From IMG/VR virus record IMGVR_UViG_3300035150_000010, positions 1 through 52,791 of that record: a DNA stretch of 52,791 nucleotides; one strand, 5' to 3'. Both the position numbers and the translations under genes were made by a program. The notes under the pieces are model-generated. The model did not search any database, had not been told where the DNA came from, and saw nothing but the letters and a program-made list of their open reading frames with translations. Positions 49,201-52,791 of this stretch are shown here, one piece after another (the stretch's first letter is position 1; each line of letters starts with the position of its first letter). Source of the stretch: a virus. Taxonomy: Duplodnaviria > Caudoviricetes.

Positions 49201-49592
49201 GAGTCATCGTACCAACCAGTGTCGGAAATAGAGACAGCAGTGCCAACGGAAGGTCGTGCCATTGGGACCAGAAGGCCAGTCTGATTAGGAGTCTCCCATG
49301 TATTGCCGGTATCACTCGGAAGCCAGACGCGCATTTTCTGATTGGTCAATTCGAGCAGCGCTGTCTCTGTAGTAGACGCAACAAACTCGACCCATGCTGC
49401 TCCGGTATCATTTATGGAGTTGCCGACATACTTTGTGCCCGGACGCAAGATCATGGGACCCTGCGTCTTGGGCAGGAAGTTCGTCATGATTTCCGCAGAA
49501 AGACGCGTCCTGTCCAAATCTGTTCTGGCAAGGGTGGTCTTGGAGATGATCCCGCGATTAAAGCTAAGTAATGGAGCATATGTCGTTGCCAT
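46206..49592 (-). CDS. Tail tubular protein B (nozzle), enlarged, with 20 DTG and 2 DSG motifs
   Basis: SFNRG, RPGT.YV, QSAD, GYP.AVALHEGRLW, EEVLAWS, VGGLPY motifs. Confidence 0.9.
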   Translation of the reverse strand: MATTYAPLLSFNRGIISKTTLARTDLDRTRLSAEIMTNFLPKTQGPMILRPGTKYVGNSINDTGAAWVEFVASTTETALLELTNQKMRVWLPSDTGNTWETPNQTGLLVPMARPSVGTAVSISDTGWYDDSIGGNAATTTSSIIPMMVSETTNRVKITASSSTDAGAFGGLPWNAADGNFGTFWRDTGSPTTPATPSWLNVDLDTGAKTQNYVAVGSYTIRSANAATFLDNAPRAWRLITGDYDTGTYATDTGKWTLEDERTSEIDWGVSEQRTYTLPGSDTGTVEARRHWRLLVVSTDTGNAAGDGSGAAVELAEIELLSTNAVNQKLVLNSGAIGSTARAKKTVTVDTGDSEVEHSLDIHVGRGPVTIRVGSTDGDDDYVSETSIGTGYHNLAFVPSGTFYITLQTANDVSRIVESLSIGDSGTVEIKTPWAASNLDSIRYDQSADIVYADCVGVSPYKIERRGTGRSWSVVKYEPDNGPFLAGRTSNAKLSIAGKYGNTVLYSDIPFFRSSQVGSLFEITHNGQSGEFALGYTDAETNVIEVTGINDTGTPTAENERRLVVSASGSYTGELTIERSFDSPDFGYKKVTKSHVTSGNATDTGTFTTTIDDEDDNVTVFYRVRMSNYTSGAAIVSITYKNGSVTGRAKVTDYVTNQQVNVEVIDQFSDTGGSEVWREGAWSERRGYPTAVALHEGRLWHAGAANVWGSVSDDYENFDATLEGESAPISRTLGSGPVDAIQYLLSLLRLVAGTSGSEIAIKSSSIDETLTPTNASANAFSTQGSATLRAMKMDNRGLFIQRSGERLYLFGIGTSASSFNEYESTELTILTPDVLRTGVVSIAIQRQPDTRIHCVLADGTVAILTYEPQEEVLAWSKWVTDTGSDSAVERAMVLPGDVEDNVYYHVRRTINGVTRRFLEKWAMESECQGDTGLSWLMDCAVSYTDTGATALIPDFAEHIGGQTIAAWGNDTGQSNSYGKDLTPDDTGGDQVLLSLDTGGDLTMTDSGVKHVVGGLPYRADYKSTKLAYGVQGSTAMTMVKRIDRIALILSQTHNNALFMGSDTGHLDPMPRVIDNGSTVDADKIFSEYDKFAHAFDGDYDEDSRIYVRAKAPRPATIMALLPRVTTNER

Positions 49593-49598
49593 TGATGC

Positions 49599-50237
49599 TT
49601 AACCAGTCAGATTATTGCGAGAGCCACGATCACCGGAACCTGTCTTTCCGGATCTGGATTCCGTCCATGCTCCCGGAGGTTTGAATTTCGGGTTTGGTTC
49701 GTTCATCGCATCATGGTTGAGAGCCTTCCTCCGATATTTGTCCCGCTTTGCTTCAAGCTCTTGTCTAAGCCCCCTGTCTTGCGTAAGACTCATGCAGACA
49801 CGACAGGCAAGTTCAAGTTCTACATATCGTGTAAAAGCGGCTGTCCAGCGGTTAAGTTCAAGCCCGAGGCCAGTATCATTCGAGACATACCGAACATAAA
49901 GCGGCGTCGTGTCGGAAGACCAGTAATTGACATCATCATAGTAATGCATCAGCGGATGCGAAAAATATTCATCCGCTGAAATCGCATGTGTACGAACCCA
50001 ATCAGCAGGCTTGGCGAAGACTTCCGTATAGCCAAAGTTAGGTGTTACACCCGTGTCCGCATCAACCTTGACTGTTTCCATGGCAAAGTTCCAGGATCCT
50101 GCCTCAAGGCATTCTTCCAGAACCTCGTCATAGACATCATCAAGCGCGCGTCTGGCCTTGACATTTTCAGTTGTCAAAACCTTCCGGCTACCAAGTTCAT
50201 ACAGGGCACCGGTGAACAAGCGCTGCTTTGTGGTCAT
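49599..50237 (-). CDS. Tail tubular protein A (adaptor)
   Basis: AL.ELG, WNFA, P.DWVR, LYVRYV; DTG x2. Confidence 0.85.
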   Translation of the reverse strand: MTTKQRLFTGALYELGSRKVLTTENVKARRALDDVYDEVLEECLEAGSWNFAMETVKVDADTGVTPNFGYTEVFAKPADWVRTHAISADEYFSHPLMHYYDDVNYWSSDTTPLYVRYVSNDTGLGLELNRWTAAFTRYVELELACRVCMSLTQDRGLRQELEAKRDKYRRKALNHDAMNEPNPKFKPPGAWTESRSGKTGSGDRGSRNNLTG

Positions 50238-50240
50238 TGG

Positions 50241-50747
50241 TTATCCTTTCAGGACGTCCTCGATATATTGCAACGCGTCTTCCTTGAGACGGAAATCAGA
50301 GGCTTTGCCTACGATTGCGCCATCAGATGAGCGCACGATATCGAAACCACGCGCGCCAACATTCCAGCGCGTCTCATACTTATCGTTTTTGGTTTTGGCC
50401 GTCTTGGGGCCGAAGTAGGTCGGCTCTCCGACCAGCGCGACATCAAGTGCCGCATCGCGAACCGCGCGGACATAGAGTTGTGCAAAGAAGGCATGGTCTT
50501 CAGAGCGAAGATTAATAATCGCGCCGGAACGATCCGGTTGACCATTGTTGACATTCTTTTGGAGGCGGTAGGCAACCTGTGACCAATACTCAGGCTTAAG
50601 CGCATCTTCGATTGTATGGCCTATCGGCATGGTCACCGAAATGTCGGCGTAAGCATATTCGGACTCGATGAAGTCGCGATTCGGAAGCTTGCGAACTTCT
50701 TTTTTTGCATCAGGTTTGATCGTCGGATTTTCAAGTACAGCAGTCAT
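50241..50747 (-). CDS. Conserved virion-module hypothetical protein
   Basis: Between the capsid-downstream terminator and the adaptor gene. Confidence 0.65.
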   Translation of the reverse strand: MTAVLENPTIKPDAKKEVRKLPNRDFIESEYAYADISVTMPIGHTIEDALKPEYWSQVAYRLQKNVNNGQPDRSGAIINLRSEDHAFFAQLYVRAVRDAALDVALVGEPTYFGPKTAKTKNDKYETRWNVGARGFDIVRSSDGAIVGKASDFRLKEDALQYIEDVLKG

Positions 50748-50767
50748 GTTGTTTCCTTACAATGAGA

Positions 50768-50793
50768 AGCGGGCGACCGAAGCCGCCCGCCTT
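50768..50793 (-). terminator. Hairpin after capsid/decoration genes
   Basis: AGGCGGGCGGC-UUCG-GUCGCCCGCUU. Confidence 0.6.
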
Positions 50794-50797
50794 GTTG

Positions 50798-51076
50798 TTA
50801 AAGTACGCCGCCAGTATCATTGGCGAGCGCGATGGTGCCGGTCGTTCCGCCGGTATCCTGAACAACGGTAAACTGGCCGCGATAGACCAGATCAGCGTTG
50901 CGGTCGATAACCGTGATGGAGTCCCCGACAGTGACGCCGTAGTTCTTGGCATCTTCGATAAAGCCGGAACCCTCGTAAGTCGCAAGGGTTTCACCGCCGG
51001 TATCATCATATTGCCAGCTTTTGGCACCAGCAATCGGCTGGCCGCAGAGTTGCAGTCCTTTGGAATCATAGCCCAT
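50798..51076 (-). CDS. Probable capsid decoration/cement protein with 3 DTG motifs
   Basis: 92 aa ORF directly after the capsid gene; GGAGG RBS; DA...G..VGD.I.V. Confidence 0.65.
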   Translation of the reverse strand: MGYDSKGLQLCGQPIAGAKSWQYDDTGGETLATYEGSGFIEDAKNYGVTVGDSITVIDRNADLVYRGQFTVVQDTGGTTGTIALANDTGGVL

Positions 51077-51089
51077 TGGTCAACCCTCC

Positions 51090-51895
51090 TTAGATTGCGG
51101 AAGCATCATGCAGGATCTGCACAATACCGTCCTGTTGAAGAAGCTTCGAACCGGTGAACGAAGACGTACGCGCATAGCTGTAATCCTGCTCTTCGTCGTA
51201 ACCAACGGCAGTATTAAAGCTTTCGCCCATGTCAAACGCGGAACCGATTGCATCCTGGTGATAAATGTAGCACTTCTCGGACGCAGTGCCCTTGCCGGTC
51301 AGGCGGTGATGCCTGATCCAGTTGATGCCTGCCCAACGGCGGACACGACGAGTCGGGCCGGCCATAGGCTTCATTTCCACGTAATCGGCAGATGCGAATT
51401 CAGGGATCTGTTCCAGATAACCCATAAAGGCATCCGTCACTACACCCCACATCTTGTCTTCTTCTTCAAGGGGAACTTCGTTTTCCCCAAGAGTTGTTTT
51501 TGCCTTCTGGACCAGAGCCAGAGAAGCAGTTTGCGCAGCACCAAGATTGGTGGTCGCCGTATCGAGCTGAGCGATAATGTCAGCATCAACACGACGATTC
51601 ATGACCTTCATGCTGGTACGCTGCATGATTGCGCGTTGGTCGCCCTGAGAGGCAAAGATATTGAACCGGGTCTTGCGAACCAGGTCGTGCCACTCGACCA
51701 GCGTGCAAGTGTTCTGGGTAAGATCGTCGGTACGAGCCGGGATCAAACCATTGACGCCGCGCGTGACGGCGCTTGCATTGCCAGAGCCGGCAACGAGAAA
51801 TACCGCTTGATTACCTTTGATTACGGATTCGGTCGTTGTAGTCTGACGGAGCCAGGACATACCTTCTTCGAAAGTATCAATCGCTTCCTGGCGGT
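51090..51895 (-). CDS. Major capsid protein exon 2 (spliced product 277 aa)
   Basis: Open frame from 51895 after the terminal intron G; A.TRG.NG.IP, MNRR.D..II..L, HK97-like size and position. Confidence 0.9.
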
Positions 51896-52791
51896 CAACG
51901 TGATGAAAACCACGTTAGACTGTCGCTTGCACTTTTCGATAATCTCTAAGGTAATGCATGTTGCATAGACCATTCCCATGAGCGGGTCTTTCGCATCCAT
52001 CTTCCTTACAGAAATTCTTTTCAGTGCCCGGAACACTCAGTCGTTGCCGGTGATGGTGAATGATCGCATCGATTTTTTTACGCTTTAACCTTGAATGTTT
52101 TGCCACACGAGGCAAAAAATCCAGAGCAAACGAACGATTTTGATATCCTAAACTGCGCTTCCATACATAAACATCTGGCGCTTGTCCTTGTAATCTGACG
52201 TATCCACCAAATGCATTTTGCAGAAACAAAAGCACAGACATATCGTTCTTATGCGCAACCGCACCGCATGAAATAGTGAATTGTCGATATCCATTATAAA
52301 CGCCTGAGCGATATGAATACCAACCATCACCATCTAAATATCCGGCAACCCATGCCCATGTTGGATGATTTTTGGGCTTTATAGGACCTACGCGGCTCTT
52401 TCTCGAATCCTTGCTGCTCTGCTTAAGTTCATCCATGATGCCAGTTGATACAGTGTTGCTTTTAATTCGAAGCTTTCGCCACTCATCTAGCAACCACTGC
52501 CAATGTCTCGCCTTAATAACCATATGTTTGATTAAACGCGGCAACAACATTTCCAAATCAGAACGCTTTGAAACAACCCAAGATTTGAATTGCTTGCGCG
52601 CCCCGTATCTGTTCAACGAACCCATCTTTGTGAGTTCTGGCAGATCATCGATAAACCCTTGATCATCAACTGCATCAGATGACGCTAAGCTGAGATATAG
52701 ACCGACATAATGTTCGCTCGGTCTTGCATCGCATTTTTTGAACGCAAATGACAAACTGCCATCTGCATCCATCAAACCCGCAAGGTATTTT
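51896..52791 (-). ncRNA. Group I intron, 3' part (total about 1011 nt with 149-263)
   Basis: R-like GCAACGACUGAG (within 52034-52049), S-like AAGCGACAGUCU (51917-51928), P7 GACUG/CAGUC, P9 hairpin, terminal G at 51896. Confidence 0.9.
51915..52791 (-). CDS. Intron-encoded two-motif LAGLIDADG homing endonuclease with C-terminal Zn finger (probable start GTG at 165, 297 aa)
   Basis: YLAGLMDADG across the junction, WVAGYLDGDG, CKEDGC...GLCNMHY. Confidence 0.92.
   Translation of the reverse strand, partial: KYLAGLMDADGSLSFAFKKCDARPSEHYVGLYLSLASSDAVDDQGFIDDLPELTKMGSLNRYGARKQFKSWVVSKRSDLEMLLPRLIKHMVIKARHWQWLLDEWRKLRIKSNTVSTGIMDELKQSSKDSRKSRVGPIKPKNHPTWAWVAGYLDGDGWYSYRSGVYNGYRQFTISCGAVAHKNDMSVLLFLQNAFGGYVRLQGQAPDVYVWKRSLGYQNRSFALDFLPRVAKHSRLKRKKIDAIIHHHRQRLSVPGTEKNFCKEDGCERPAHGNGLCNMHYLRDYRKVQATV

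Noticed and set aside
51090-51860. Capsid protein starting at MSWLRQ as given in the ORF track
   Set aside because: The frame extends to the intron 3' splice site and joins an upstream exon with a strong RBS.

Overview
The window is an apparently complete, circularly permuted ~52.6 kb genome of a short-tailed (podovirus-type) dsDNA phage, probably infecting an alphaproteobacterium. Bases 23-148 repeat exactly at 52666-52791. It has a T7/BPP-1-like virion module on the minus strand (TerS, TerL, portal, scaffold, capsid, tail adaptor and nozzle, ejection proteins, tailspike, lysis genes). Replication and recombination are lambdoid (initiator with iterons, DnaB, ERF, RusA). I found no integrase and no DNA polymerase. 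Main observations: (1) The tripeptide D-T-G occurs 41 times in five probable surface-exposed virion proteins, written with varied codons, and is absent from capsid, portal, ejection proteins and tailspike. Two of the DTG-rich genes lie between TerS and TerL beside a seven-gene enzyme cluster (Maf/sialyltransferase-like GT, FAD oxidoreductase, Gfo/Idh/MocA dehydrogenase, GT-A glycosyltransferase, methyltransferase, kinase, ParB/Srx-fold protein). This suggests a phage-encoded, sequon-directed virion glycosylation system. (2) A Ro60/TROVE gene follows two Y-like RNAs that each display an anticodon-like stem-loop; one is a full circularly permuted tRNA mimic. (3) A group I intron with a LAGLIDADG endonuclease splits the major capsid gene across the contig ends. 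(4) An array of tRNA-sized structured RNAs in the late leader is interrupted by an IS1595 remnant. All product calls come from motif recognition by eye; no database search was run.
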